A stretch of DNA of 64,000 nt from Podarcis filfolensis (GCA_964270895.1 OZ185440.1), one strand, 5' to 3'; numbered from the stretch's first letter, positions 51,031 through 63,095 are shown. Translations and numbers: made by a program. Notes: generated from the letters alone by a model not told the origin.

Positions 51031-52136
51031 TTTAGTGGGGGAACAGGGATTCCCGAGATCCCTGGGTGCCGGCTTCCCCACTCTAGATTATTGGGTGCTG
51101 GAATTAATCAGAGCTGACATGCTAAGCTTGTTTTTCTGCCAGACAGAGGGGCAGAGAGAGATTGTGGCCTTGCCACTAAGTGACCTACAAAACAAAAGAC
51201 CCTACAGGTAACGGAGGGGGAGGTTGCAAGGGCCTGATGGGTGTGATGCAACACAGAGGTTTTTTCGTAAGATGTTCTGGGAACAAAGAGGAAGTAAGGA
51301 GCACTCCAAGTGGCGCTGGCTGGAGGAGGCTGCACCAAGAGACCAGGGTCATGACTTTGAACCCAAGCTCCCTGAAGCTATGATAGGAGCAATGAGAGAT
51401 ACTTTTGGGGCATAATGTTCTGCACCCCCTCCAATGAAGGCTCTGTATGTAAACATGTGTAAAAAAACCGCATTTCCCCCCTTAAAAACACTAGTCTGTG
51501 CTGTGCCTCAATTTCCCAATGGAAACGCTACCCTGCGTAAGCGACTGGAGCCCCCAGGAATCTTGCTACTGCTTGGCAGAGATTGAGGGTAGCATGTAAC
51601 ACTATGTTCTTAAACACTGATTTGGAAGCCTGCCTTTTTTAGGACTGTATTTGAATCTAATGCAACCCTGAGTTTTTCTTTTGAGTGGGGGAAGTGAAAA
51701 AGAAATTGAATTAATTAGAGCAAAAGCAAAAATCAGGACATAAGAATTCACAGGCAAGGGTCACAGCAAGGTTACTCTGCCTCTGATAGTGGTCAGCCAG
51801 ATGCCAGGGTGAAATCGCAAGCATGCACATGAACTGCACCAATAGATAAAGCCTGACGACGGGACTGCTGTACCATCAAAAGTCAATAGATTATACCCAA
51901 TCAAAAATAGTGGTTTTAAAATCACAAGATTTTAAAAGCTAATAAATCCAAGGCCTTTTTATTTGCTTTCTGCTTTATGAGCTTTTAACAGTCACATTTC
52001 CCAGCTTCTTGTCTGTAACCATGACTGAAGCATTTTGAGATTCAGAAGCTGAGCATTTCACACAATTTTTTGAGCACTGGGGTTCAGAGCAAAGTATCAT
52101 GAGTTGTAGGAGTCTGAGAGCCAGGTAACTGAAACA

Positions 52137-52258
52137 CCAGCCTATTGCCAACCTGGTGCCCTCCAGATATTTTAGGATACAAATCCCAACTGTGCTGGCT
52201 AGAGCTAATCAGAGTTGTAGTCAAAATAATCTAGAAGGTACCAAGTTGGCAAAGGCTG
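52137..52258. mobile_element. Palindromic hAT-like MITE (degenerate)
   Basis: CAGCCT.TTGCCAACCTGGTGCC.TC.AGAT...ATCTAGAAGGTACCAAGTTGGCAAAGGCTG. Confidence 0.7.
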
Positions 52259-52375
52259 CACTTGCCAAACTGGCTCAGTGTCAAGTTCTAGTCAAAATGG
52301 TAATGAAGTGATAAGCAAGTGTGGATGAATTACTCAGATTTTTATAGAATGAGCCCTTGCCCTGATTCATTAAAC

Positions 52376-52700
52376 CAGGAGTGGAGAACCTCTGGCCCAC
52401 AGGCCTAATTAGGTATGGCACAGGTCCCAATTTGGACTGTGAGGATGTTTCCCACAAATCACACCTGCCTGCCCTGCAGCTGACATCATATCGGATGCCA
52501 GGTGTGGGGCAGGTACAGACATGGCTTCAAAGGAAGAAATGGGAGCTTATGGGGAGCTACCAATGGGTCCTTTGCAAGGTGGACTCCCTCTCAGGACCAA
52601 TCAGCTGACTGGGGCTCACAGGAAGCATTGATGGAAATTTCCTAACGCAGCCAAGAGGGCCAGGGGAAGCAGTTTGGATTGAAACTATTTCAATCTCAAC
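52376..52700. mobile_element. Probable hAT non-autonomous relic
   Basis: The left end CAGGAGTGGAGAACCTCTGGCCC resembles the MITE TIR family, and there is an internal CACACCTG...CAGGTGTG inverted repeat. The right end was not found. Confidence 0.4.
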
Positions 52701-53589
52701 ACTCTGCATGGACACCTTCTCCTTGAAAGAGGAAGTCCCTTTGCTCCTGTGTGCCATTCACTTTGAAAGTTTGCTTTGTTTATACAATTTCCGGCACAAC
52801 TTTCTAAGGCTTATGCCCCACTTAGTGCAGTTTACATAAATTAAAATCACAATCTGTCCTAAAAGGGATGACAATAGGTTCATTTCCCAAGCAGGGGCAA
52901 AGGAAGGCTAACCAGCACCTGATGCGGGTATTGGGGCAAACCGCCTGGCAGCGCATGCACCATATGTACGGCACATGCACGGCACCGCTATGTATGGCGC
53001 ACACACATGTGGTGTATGTAGCGGCGCTGCACGTATGCCACTTGGCAGTTTGCTGACGGCGTCGCTTGAGTGCCAAATGGACAGCAGTGGGATCCTCTGC
53101 TTGCAGCTGCAGTGGCAATGGAAGGATCCTCCGCACACGGCTGCAAGGGTGTGATGGCAGCGGCTCACGCCGCCACACCCGGGGGCAGCGGGGCAACCCT
53201 CCCGTGCGGTGCCTGCTTGTCACCTCCCTCAGAGATGGCACCCGGAGTGACCCCCCCCGTCCACTTCCTCTGCCACTGTTCCCAAGGCAGGTACATTTGT
53301 CTCAGGAGAAAACTCACCCTTTCGTATCAAATCAGGGCTAATTTTGGTTATATGAAAATATTCTGAGAAAAAAGTTTGAAGGGAGTGTTAAGCAAACAGG
53401 TCATTGTAAAGAAAGAACAGGAAACCTAAAATGTTTCATTTCCATAGGCTGGTTCATGCTTTTGATTTGGCAGAGAACATCCTGGAGTTTGACCTCACTG
53501 GGAGGTAAGGGACAAGGGCCAGGTTTTCCCCACACCTTGCAGCCAGGTGGCCCAGCTAAGAGGAAGCAGACTGGGGGTTGGGTACTGCT

Positions 53590-53910
53590 GGCTTTCAGAT
53601 ATAAATAATCACTTCAGCAGCCTCCAAGAGCGGCAGGGAGACTTAATGTGCTGACAGCGCTGCATTTTTTACTTTTAGTCAATATGAGAAAGGCCCCAAG
53701 ACTATGATTCTAAACATCTGGATTCCATCAATCTGTGATCCATCATCGCCTATCGGCATTCGACCATTGCCTGGCCGGAGCAATGCTGCTTGTTTTATTA
53801 ATACGTCAAATACATTATCCATGTAATACACTTGTCTTCCTATTCCCCCTCCCACCCACACAGACACTGCTTCCCCACTGCTTCTGTGCAGCATATTTAA
53901 ATGTATAATG
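53590..53910. promoter_or_regulatory. Putative conserved non-coding element
   Basis: TE-free, with retained CpGs and CCATCAATC, TTTTATTAAT, TGACAG and CATTGCC motifs. Confidence 0.35.
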
Positions 53911-55559
53911 GATCAGTTTGCATTACATGTCTGTATGTCATAATTTGTCAGGTTTAATAGAACTTAGTAAGGAGAGGAGGGAAGGGAGAGAAGCCTTCAT
54001 GTCGTGTATGCTTAATACAAAATTGTCTGGATCACTTTATTTATTTCCCTCTTTGTTCCTGGAAACCAGAGAGCATGGGGCGTCTGGGAATTGCCTGCTT
54101 CATCCACATTGCCTTGGTCATCATGTTCTCTCTTACATGCAGCTCTCTTGCAACTTTTGTGTGTTCACATTGCATGGTGGATTGCCAGCCAACAGAAGGT
54201 GCTCAAATGGCCTAGGTTTCTGGTGCAAAAAGGAGATTGCAGTTCCTGTAGTACCATGCTCTTGTAGTTGTTATATAAACAACATACATTCAAACTAAGA
54301 ATCTCTTGGAGAGAGGGACCAGATCTCAATTTCTTCTGGTCTGTGAAATTTGCCAGAGATACTTGCCTGGTCTATAATGAAAATATTAAAAGGCCTCAGT
54401 GGCACCACATGGTAAATTTAAGAGCATATGGCATCATGCAAACTGTTTTGAATCCCACAGGCAGTGGGGTGGGTTTGATTTGCAACAAGCCACACAAAGG
54501 CTTAGCAAGCTAGCAAGTAAGTAACACATGGGCCATTTCTGTCCATATTCCAAAGGCTCTCCCAAAAGGCAGCGGACACCCCAAATGACCTGAAAGGAAA
54601 GCTGTGTGGTGTTTTTATTTGTGACATTAAAAGAGGACTCAGAAATTGCATCATTGAAGCTCCATTACTACTTGAAACTCTTCCTTGCAATAAAGATCTT
54701 GGAAGAGACCCCTGACAAAGTCACTTCTCATGGAAACTTTCAGGGTGGGGTTTTGCCTTCTAAATTACCATCCTACGCATCTGAATTAACCCACAACTAA
54801 ATGGATGGGGACAGATCACCCTTCTGCAAGATAGTGCTAGAGATGCTTTGAAAACTCACAGGAAAGTGCTACCGATTTCTATAATAACTTTATAATGTAC
54901 AAACCTATTATAGTATTTCATAATGTAAATTGTTGACCAATCCACTACACAATAATCAGGAGAGATAAAAGAGGGTACATATTTTAGAAGCTGAAATGTA
55001 GTTTCTTGTTGTGGCTGCAAAGGAATGTCAGCCAAGCTGAATGAACCACTAGGGTCCATCTGACTTTTGACCCATGCCCCTTATTGTGAGACCTATGCTC
55101 TTATTTTTGTTTCCTGCTCATCACAAACTTGATTGACACAACCGGCTGTGAATGCCTCTCTCTCCAACTCTGTGCTATTTCCTGAGGAAGTGATGTCATG
55201 TTTCCTAATGGGCAACAGTCATGTCGCCTTAATAACAGTCCCAGAAACAATTGCACATTTACTATCCAGCTTGCTCACTTGGCACACGGAGCCCATTCCC
55301 TTTCCAAGGCTTAATTTGATTTTGACATATTGGCTTCAGATTAAAGGAATCTCGTAAAAAAAAAAAAAATCCAAACACATACACATCCAGGTCTCTCTGC
55401 CCCCCCCTTTGTCATTCCTTTCGGGTCTTGCAGAAAAGTGCTAACACCATAATATTTTAAGGAGAGAAAATCCAAGTGTGCTTTACCCCCTGCTGGCTCT
55501 TATGCTGGGCTTATAAAAATTAAGTGGGAACTTACACAGCTGTGGGCTATAAACCCTTT

Positions 55560-55870
55560 GTTGCCAACTCTACTAGGCCTGGAGTTTACCTGCCTTGGTG
55601 GGGGGAGGTATCCACGGAGAAAGCCGAAACCGCAGTCCGATGAAGCCTACATGACTTTCCTGGGTGAGAATGCCGAACATGTGGAAGAGCAAAGAGTAGC
55701 CACTGGGACGGGTTCCTAGCAAGCAGCACAGATGCCTGGGGTGGTGGTGGAACGCCACGGCGGAGGAGAAGGGGGAGCAGGCATGCGAAACGACAGAGTG
55801 CAGTGAAGCAGTAAGAGCCCTCCCAGCTGAATATCAATTAGCATCAATTACTGACTTCATTTAATTGTCG
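55560..55870 (-). promoter_or_regulatory. CpG-rich island, candidate internal promoter or enhancer
   Basis: Many CpGs against a CpG-depleted background, no TE hallmarks, and tandem ATCAATTA motifs at 55833-55840 and 55843-55850. Confidence 0.45.
55590..55680 (-). CDS. Candidate alternative coding first exon of RNF220 (MFGILTQESHVGFIGLRFRLSPWIPPPTKA-G)
   Basis: ATG at 55680-55678, then 30 codons plus 1 nt, then donor CAG|GTAAAC (GT at 55589-55588). The phase-1 end joins the exon at 8754 as G|GC (Gly), continuing KKKATLF in frame. It lies in a local CpG-rich island. There is no transcript evidence. Confidence 0.4.
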
Positions 55871-56759
55871 TAGAAGATGAATTTGTCATTTTTAGTCTTG
55901 AATTAATGGGAGACCTTCAACTTTTCTTTGGCAGCAACCTGCATTTCCTGGCTTTGCTCAGCCTGAATGGGGGTAGGGGAAAGAACGGGACACTGGAACA
56001 GAGAAGGGAAAAGGAGGTTATGGTCCAGCTTCATACTAAGGAGTAGGTGCACTTGATTCAGGATTGGAGAATCATGTGACATGTCCCACATTTTCCAACA
56101 GGGGTCGCTGTAAAGAGACTATGGGTGGTGATTCTAAGGGGTGTTCCCTGCTATTCCAGTATCAGCCTCTCCTGAAAGAGGGCACTGGAGAACTGGCCAG
56201 GAGGAATCAGTCTACTCCCATTCTATGACTGCTTTACATGGCATATCATGTTTGCAAAGTGTGTCACAGGATTTGTTACATCTTCTATCCCAGCTCATGA
56301 TCATTTGCTGGGAGATCATTCCACAGATGGGAAACTGAAGTGGAGAGACAGTGCACTGACCAAGGCCACTCAGTGAGTGCATGGCAGTGTTAGATCTGGT
56401 TCTGTACCCAAACCTCTCAGATTTAAGCCCACCCTGCCCAGCTCTAGACCAGAGTTTGCTGCAGGAGAGACTTGATGACTATGAGAATCATAGTATGTAC
56501 ATAATATGCACATATATCCACAGCATTCATATACAGAACTGATAATTAAAATGGTTGACTCCTAACTTCACTTCTCATTCTGCAAAATGAAGCAGGTGCA
56601 AGTGGGCAAAAGGAAGGAACTGAAAAACACTTAGGTTTAGGTGTTGCGGGGGGGGGAGAGAAATACAGGAATGCCAGCACACAACCCATGCTCTATCCTT
56701 GCATTCCGTTTTGATTTCTTATTTTCTTTCCATCTTTCCATCCCCGACCCCCTACCTTA

Positions 56760-57030
56760 GTTCTCAGGCCAGAAATTAATTTTACAGCCATGAAGTGTTT
56801 ACATTTTTTCCAGCAAACAGGCAATGGTAAACAATAAATGCTCGGCAGCAAAATTGAATTTATAACTGCATTACGGCACCAGATAACGCCCTAAAATAAC
56901 AACGCGATAAGGAAATTCGATTTGATTGCCTCTGCACATCAGCTTGGGCCCATCTGCAGCCCGGGCCTCCCTGTAATAATTTTCAATTGGGTTTGTAAAC
57001 CTTATTTGTCCTTAAATATTTCTGTCATTT
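56760..57030. promoter_or_regulatory. Putative enhancer with forkhead, GATA and homeodomain motifs
   Basis: TGTTTAC (56796-56802), GTAAACA (56827-56833), AGATAA, GATAAG, AATTAATT and TTTATAA, with CpGs retained in AT-rich DNA. Confidence 0.4.
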
Positions 57031-60000
57031 TTCATTGCTAGAGACAAATCCTTGGGTATACAGCAGTAGACGGACTGCTCTTTAGGAGAGATTTGTGTGT
57101 GTAGGTGTATGTGTGTCTATGTGCCTGCCAAAGCGGTGGGAAGACATCTTGGTGAGCAGTGGTGGACGATGCAGGGTGGGGGTCGGATCTGGAGCAGCCG
57201 CTGACAGTCATACGTCCAATCAATCACATTGCTGACAGGGAAGAATCACAGACCAGAAATTGAGTTTGACTCACATGGGATGACTGAACAAATTAATAGA
57301 CCATTAGCCAAGCGGTGACCTGAGAAATGATGGGCGGATGCCTCTCCATAAGGCTCGAGCTGGAGTGTTTTAATATGCACATCCCCTCAAATTCAGCAAG
57401 ATTCCAGCACTTTTCCAGGAATGTGCCCCCAGCTCTATTCAAGTTTCAGAGTGCGTTTTATGAAGCTGCTTAGGGATTCAAGGGCCCAAAGTAGAAAATG
57501 AGGGCATGGTGGAGAACTCTAATGTTTAGCATCTCTTTCAAAACAAGCATCCACAAAGCAAACAGACCAACAAGGATTAAACCACCCTTACTGCATAAGA
57601 ACAGCAACTCCAGTAACCCACTCTGGACAGGAATTGGATAAAGATTTTATAAAGGCTGATTATTTCCAGTCTTTTTCAGTCAAATATTTAAGGACACCCA
57701 TTTTAAAAGGAAGTATGGCCCAGATATCTTAATTGTTAGAAAATGATATCCTCATCTTACATCAATCTTATTTAGAACTCAGTTATGCTGTTGGCATTTG
57801 CCACACTTGTGGCACAGCCCTTCGAAGATCAATTGTGTGTGGGTAAATATTTCTCTCTTAAGCTTCCTTTGTTTGTTCTTTGTAACTAGCCATAATAATT
57901 TTCAAGATCTTTTGAAAAAGGTAGCAGTTAATTCAAAAGCGTAAGCAAATCTGTCTCTGCATTTTACTTTGCTTGTATATTTTTGTCTTTATCAGCAGTT
58001 CATTTAATTTGACATTTCATTGCCAACACTCCCAGGGTTATATGCATCTTTTGAGCTGCAGCTCACAACCTGGTCGAACACTGATAGTCATGAGCATTCT
58101 GATTGATCTGTAATGACAGTAGAGATTTCCTGAAAAACAAGCTTTAATATAAAAGGCGGAACACAAAGGAATTTGTTCTTACCATGAAAGTTCATTCTAT
58201 ACAGTTGGCAGGACAGCCAGTAAGAAAGGAAAGGGTTAGTAGCCCCTCAGACTACTTGGCAGGTAAAGTCAGCCTACCTGAAAATCTCTTTCCATATAGA
58301 AGTTGCCTTCCAGTTTTAGATATAGCTACAGCTTATTAATTTTATAAAACAGAAGCCAACAAAAATCTAGAATATGGAACTAAATAGAAGAAAAGGAGGG
58401 GAAGAGAACTGGCAAGCCAACCCTGAATCATTCTTACATGGTGAGCAAGTATGAGGGGGGGGGGCGCACAGGGGCTGCACCAACTAGCCCCATCCCCTAT
58501 ATGATGCATACAGAGTTCCTCCACTCCCCCCTGCCATGGCTCTGTATTTCTAGAAAGGAAGCTATTGCAAGTACAGCTGTATGCATGAATATTTCCATGT
58601 GAGAAGGGTGAGAACCTTCAAGGAAATGAACTTAATGGGCTTGAAGAAGACAAACATGAGGCAACAGATCCAATGAGAGGGGTGCTAGAGGAAATGGGAT
58701 ACTGTAGCTCCACAGAGTGCTGCAAAATTAGCATTTTGCCATTAGCTCACAACATATTGTGTGATGCATTTAAGTCTGTTTCGACACTTCCTGGGGTTAC
58801 ACCTCAACAAGGTGGGAGGAAGTCAACATCACACTCTTCTGATCATTCTGTCAGCACAAACATTTCTTCTTGCCAGATGGAATGACCTCCCCCCTCTCTC
58901 CCCACATGCTGTTCTGCAGGGGGTGGGTCCTCCTGATCCTCTAGAGAATATTTTGGGGAGGTGTGGGGGGGAGGGAGCCCTACTGTTGTTAGCTAGAGCC
59001 CTCACAATGGCTTCCATTAGAGTTCTGGGTAAGTTGAATCTGGGTTAGTTAAATGGCAGAAGAATACATTAGACTGAATGCTGGGAGCTCATGACAAAAT
59101 GCCAAGTTCATAGCACCCTGTGGTCTGTAAGAGCCATAGGACATTACCTGCTAGTGTCTTAAAATGAATGAAGCTTTTTTTTTTTGTCTCATCCCCCAAA
59201 AACATCAGGTCGCAGAGTCTATTACAGAAAGTGAAGATGACGTTCTCATGGACCATGCCCCTTTCATTCTGGATACCAGAACGTCCCAATACAAAGATAT
59301 ATGCTACGGATTTTGAACCTGAGACAACTGAGATCCAAGAACCATGATCTCATCGAACAGTGTAGATCTATAAGGATTACCCTGAACTGTAGCACTCTGA
59401 TAGATAGAATTTGAAACATTGAAACACTGAGGAAAAACCTGAGAGCACCACAATAACAAGGCACTGCACTGGCGTTGTCCATGTCTTGGTCAATATGTCC
59501 CAGCAGAGCATCCCATCTTGCCATTGACTCTGAGTGCCCCATCTCTGAGTTATCTCATGAAAGACTTCCTAGTAGGTTTGTGATCTAGTGCTATGCTAGT
59601 GACCAATGTAAGAAGAAATGGACCAACATATCCTTGGCTTGCACTTTTCTTTCTTAGGAGATTGGGGGGGGGGTATTGTACCTTTTTTATTCTTTATCTA
59701 AATGAGGGCTTCCTTCAAGAAACTGCCACTAATACATCCCAAACACACAGGCACAGTAATAGATTTTATCATCACTTGCTACCAACCCATCTCAACAGTG
59801 AGGTTTACAGAAATACGAGAACTGAAATAAAATTCCTGCTCAGACACAAACTTAGTTAAATGGCTTTGGACAAGTGATTCTCCTAAATCCTAGTTTACAA
59901 TGTATAAAGTGGGATAATATGATCTAGCATGGCATCCAGCCTCCTGGGCACTCCAAAAATTGTTCCAGAGGGTCCCCCCAACCTTCTGGATCAAGGGGCT

Positions 60001-61077
60001 TTAGGGGGTAGAGAGGAAGGCAAAGTCTCATTGTGCCAGCAGAGACCCAATAGCACTATGTTGCACCTCACATCTAGCTTTTTGTGATTAAGAAGATAAA
60101 CTCAACCATTTCTATAGCAAGCTGAACTTTATAATGTTTAATATCCGCAGCATTGTGTTGATAGTTAGCATTGTAGCAGAGCACTAGATTGTTTCTTTAT
60201 ATGAATGAAATGCACAACCACAATTGTGAACAATATTATAAGCCATTCCTAATGCATCTGGCTCTCCCACAGAGCAGGCAGCAGAGGGCAATGGAGAACA
60301 GCAAAGAGATGCAATACAGAGGCAACAGTGTAACATCGGGTTTGGATATTTATCAGGTGAAATTGCAGTTATCCCAAGGCCCTGCTGCATAGAACTCAGT
60401 CCTTCAGCCATATGCTCATGTTACAGATACTGTTTCCACAAAGTGAAATGTGGTGTGTTAATTTGAAGACCCTGCTTTCCTTTGTCTCCCTGGGAGATAA
60501 TCAGGTAAACTATAATAAAAACACACGTGGGCAATTTACCTTTTCATCCCCATGAGCTTGGAGGGTTTCAATTACCGGATTCTGGGATTTAGTGCTTAGG
60601 GCTTTTTGGTGTGTGCAAGATTTATTAGGAGGTTTAGTATCAGTGGAGAATTCATGCATTTACTCCCTAGAGCTGGGCTTCCGCTCAGAGCCCCTAAATC
60701 ATGGCCCTAAAGATGGGCCACTGTCACTTACAGCATTAGCATCGTTAGTGCATTCAGAAGATGATTAACAACCGTGCATGTGCAGCCCTCCTGGTCTGGC
60801 CCTCCTGATTTGGGTGTGTTCCCTTCCCAGTGCCTCAAACCTCAAAGAGCAGGGGCAATGGTGCCAGGCTCAGAGAATCTGCTTGAAATGCTTTAGGATG
60901 CAAAGTGTGTAATATTAAGCGCCCTCAAAGCATACACTTAAGTGAGAGCCGCTGCCTAGGGAAACTTCTGAACTGAAGCAAGGGATGCATTTTGCAATTC
61001 TTTCCAACCATTTGTAAAAGGGTGTGAAAATGTTTGTAGTGGGAGGGTTACTGAAAAGGGGGGAAAGTAACATATCT

Positions 61078-61230
61078 GGGATAGCTGAGTCAGTAGATCA
61101 TGACTCAGTAGAGTAGACTCTTGATTTCAGGGTCATGGGTTTGAGCCCAACATTGGGCAAGAGATTCCTGCATTGCAGGGAATAGACGACCCTTGTGGTC
61201 CCTTCCAACTCTACAGTTCTATGATTCTAT
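61078..61230 (+). mobile_element. tRNA-Lys-derived SINE with CR1-type tail
   Basis: Same family as the 42141 copy, ending CCCTTCCAACTCTACAGTTCTATGATTCTAT. Confidence 0.8.
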
Positions 61231-61765
61231 TATTTTATAACCAGACTAACACTCCTGCCCCTAGTTGGGGCAGGAACTAGATGGGGATTATACATTTGAT
61301 GTGCATTCCCACCCACTTTCTGTCCTAGAGTCATAACCAGGCCCAAATTGAGGGGTGGAGGCAACTGCCCGGGGTGGCAGGTTAGGGGTGGCAGCAAACA
61401 GTACCCTGCCCCTACCTTTCTCATACCTGCCACTGCCTGAAACAATGCAGGGTTTGTTCTATGCTCATGGGAAGGTGAGGAGGGGAAAAGTTAGTGAAGG
61501 AATGAGCAGTGGGCCAGAACTAGTGGGAGATAGCAGCAGCAGAAAGAGTAGTTCAGGATTACAGTGCTCTGGGTGGGTGGTAATCCTGTGCCATTTTCCT
61601 ACTAAAATCACCCCCATTAGCTAATCAATCGCTGATTCTTAATGTGATCCAAATGTGGAGAGGGAAAGTTTTCCCTTTCCTCCTCTGCTGCCATCCTGAG
61701 TAAAACACTTCATCTGTGTTGTTGGGATTTCCCCTCAAAATCAATACAAGATTCACAAGGGGGAA

Positions 61766-61905
61766 GGGGCCATAGCTCAGTGGGAGAGCATCTATTTTGC
61801 AAGTAGACAGTGCCAGGTTCAATCTCCCATATCTCCACGTAGAGTTGGGAGAGAACCATGGAGATCTACTGCCAGTCTGTTCAGGCAATACTGAGCTAAG
61901 TGACA
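61766..61905 (+). mobile_element. Squam3-like SINE
   Basis: GGGGCCATAGCTCAGTGG.AGAGCATCT..TTTGCA...CCAGGTTCAATC head, followed by CTGCCAGTC...CAATACTGAGCTA. Confidence 0.75.
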
Positions 61906-62361
61906 AAGTACTACGTAATTATTTATTTGCTAAACTTTATCCAGCCTTCCTTCAAGGAAGCTTGGGTATGGTTTCCCTAGAAGTCTTCTACCTAAGTATT
62001 AGGTGCAAACTTGCTTAGCTTGGTTTAGGGTTGGGGAAAATCATTACTGTAAAAGACGTTAAGGTGCATCAAAGAATTAAGCATTGTAAAAGGCTGTCTG
62101 TAGGACTTTTTCAGGATCTGTGGCTTCCTCCCTCTGTTTAATTTGGGGTTACAGGTTTACAGCCCATTGTTCACAATCAGGGAGAGGTGGGTGCCAGAGC
62201 AGACTTTTGCCTTCTATGGCAAAATTTGAAGATCTGGCACTGAACACAACTACATTTGGACCAGGGATCTTCACAGTGCTGGCAGGCACATAGCACTATG
62301 TGGTAAACTCAGGTACAACAGAGATGTGTCCCCTTTTGCACTGACCTAAAGCAGCAACAAA

Positions 62362-62712
62362 GGGATGCGGATGGCACTGTGGTCTAAACCACTTGCCAAT
62401 CAGAAGGTTGGCGGTTCGAATCCCCACGACGGGGTGAGCTCCCATTGCTCGGTCCCAGCTCCTGCCAACCTAGCAGTTTGAAAGCACGTCAAAGTGCAAG
62501 TAGATAAATAGGTACCGCTCCGGCGGGGAGGTAAATGGTGTTTCTGTGCGCTGCTCTGGTTTCACCAGAAGCGGCTTAGTCATGCTGGCCACATGACCCA
62601 GAAAAACTGTCTGCGGACAAACGTCAGCTCCCTCAGCCAGTAAAGCGAGATGAGCACTGCAACCCCAGAGTCGTTCGCGACTGGACTGTCAGGGGTCCTT
62701 TACCTTTACCTT
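62362..62712 (+). mobile_element. Sauria SINE (Squam1-type), near full length
   Basis: tRNA-like head GGGATGCGGATGGCACTGTGGTCTAAACC...GGTTCGAATCC, Bov-B-type (ACCTTT)n tail, and a 13-bp target-site duplication TAAAGCAGCAACA at 62347-62359 and 62713-62725. Confidence 0.9.
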
Positions 62713-63037
62713 TAAAGCAGCAACAGATTGAAAAAGCAGTATCTGTGAATGGGCATGAACAGACACATTTAAAAAGTGGGAAGTAGAGGTTTTGTCATAA
62801 ACATTTTAGTTCCTCCTCACTCAACCCTGGAACATTTGTGTGAAAATCAAAATCCAGAAAAATTCAGCACAATACAACTCAGGTCTAGTCCCACAACAAT
62901 TTCAACATCTCCAGGTTTAATACCACAGTTCCTGGAAATGCATAAAACCTCTGTGTGTCGAGCAGGAGGGGGGAAAGGCCATTTCTTAGGAATCTGCCAG
63001 TTCCATCCAGCTAATTTGAGGAAGAGCAGGGCTGTAA

Positions 63038-63038
<1 letters not shown>

Positions 63039-63095
<57 letters not shown>

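Noticed and set aside
2430-52258. Recurring palindromic ~135-bp units as a CRISPR-like array
   Set aside because: They are dispersed over tens of kb, divergent, have no regular spacers, and sit in a vertebrate intron. They are MITEs.
58170-58290. Strong minus-strand donors ATG|GTAAGA and CAG|GTAGGC
   Set aside because: No associated acceptor, ORF or promoter features. Such motifs are expected by chance in 55 kb of intron.
61766-61838. tRNA-Ala-like sequence as a tRNA gene
   Set aside because: The stems are mismatched and the sequence continues into a Squam3-like SINE body.
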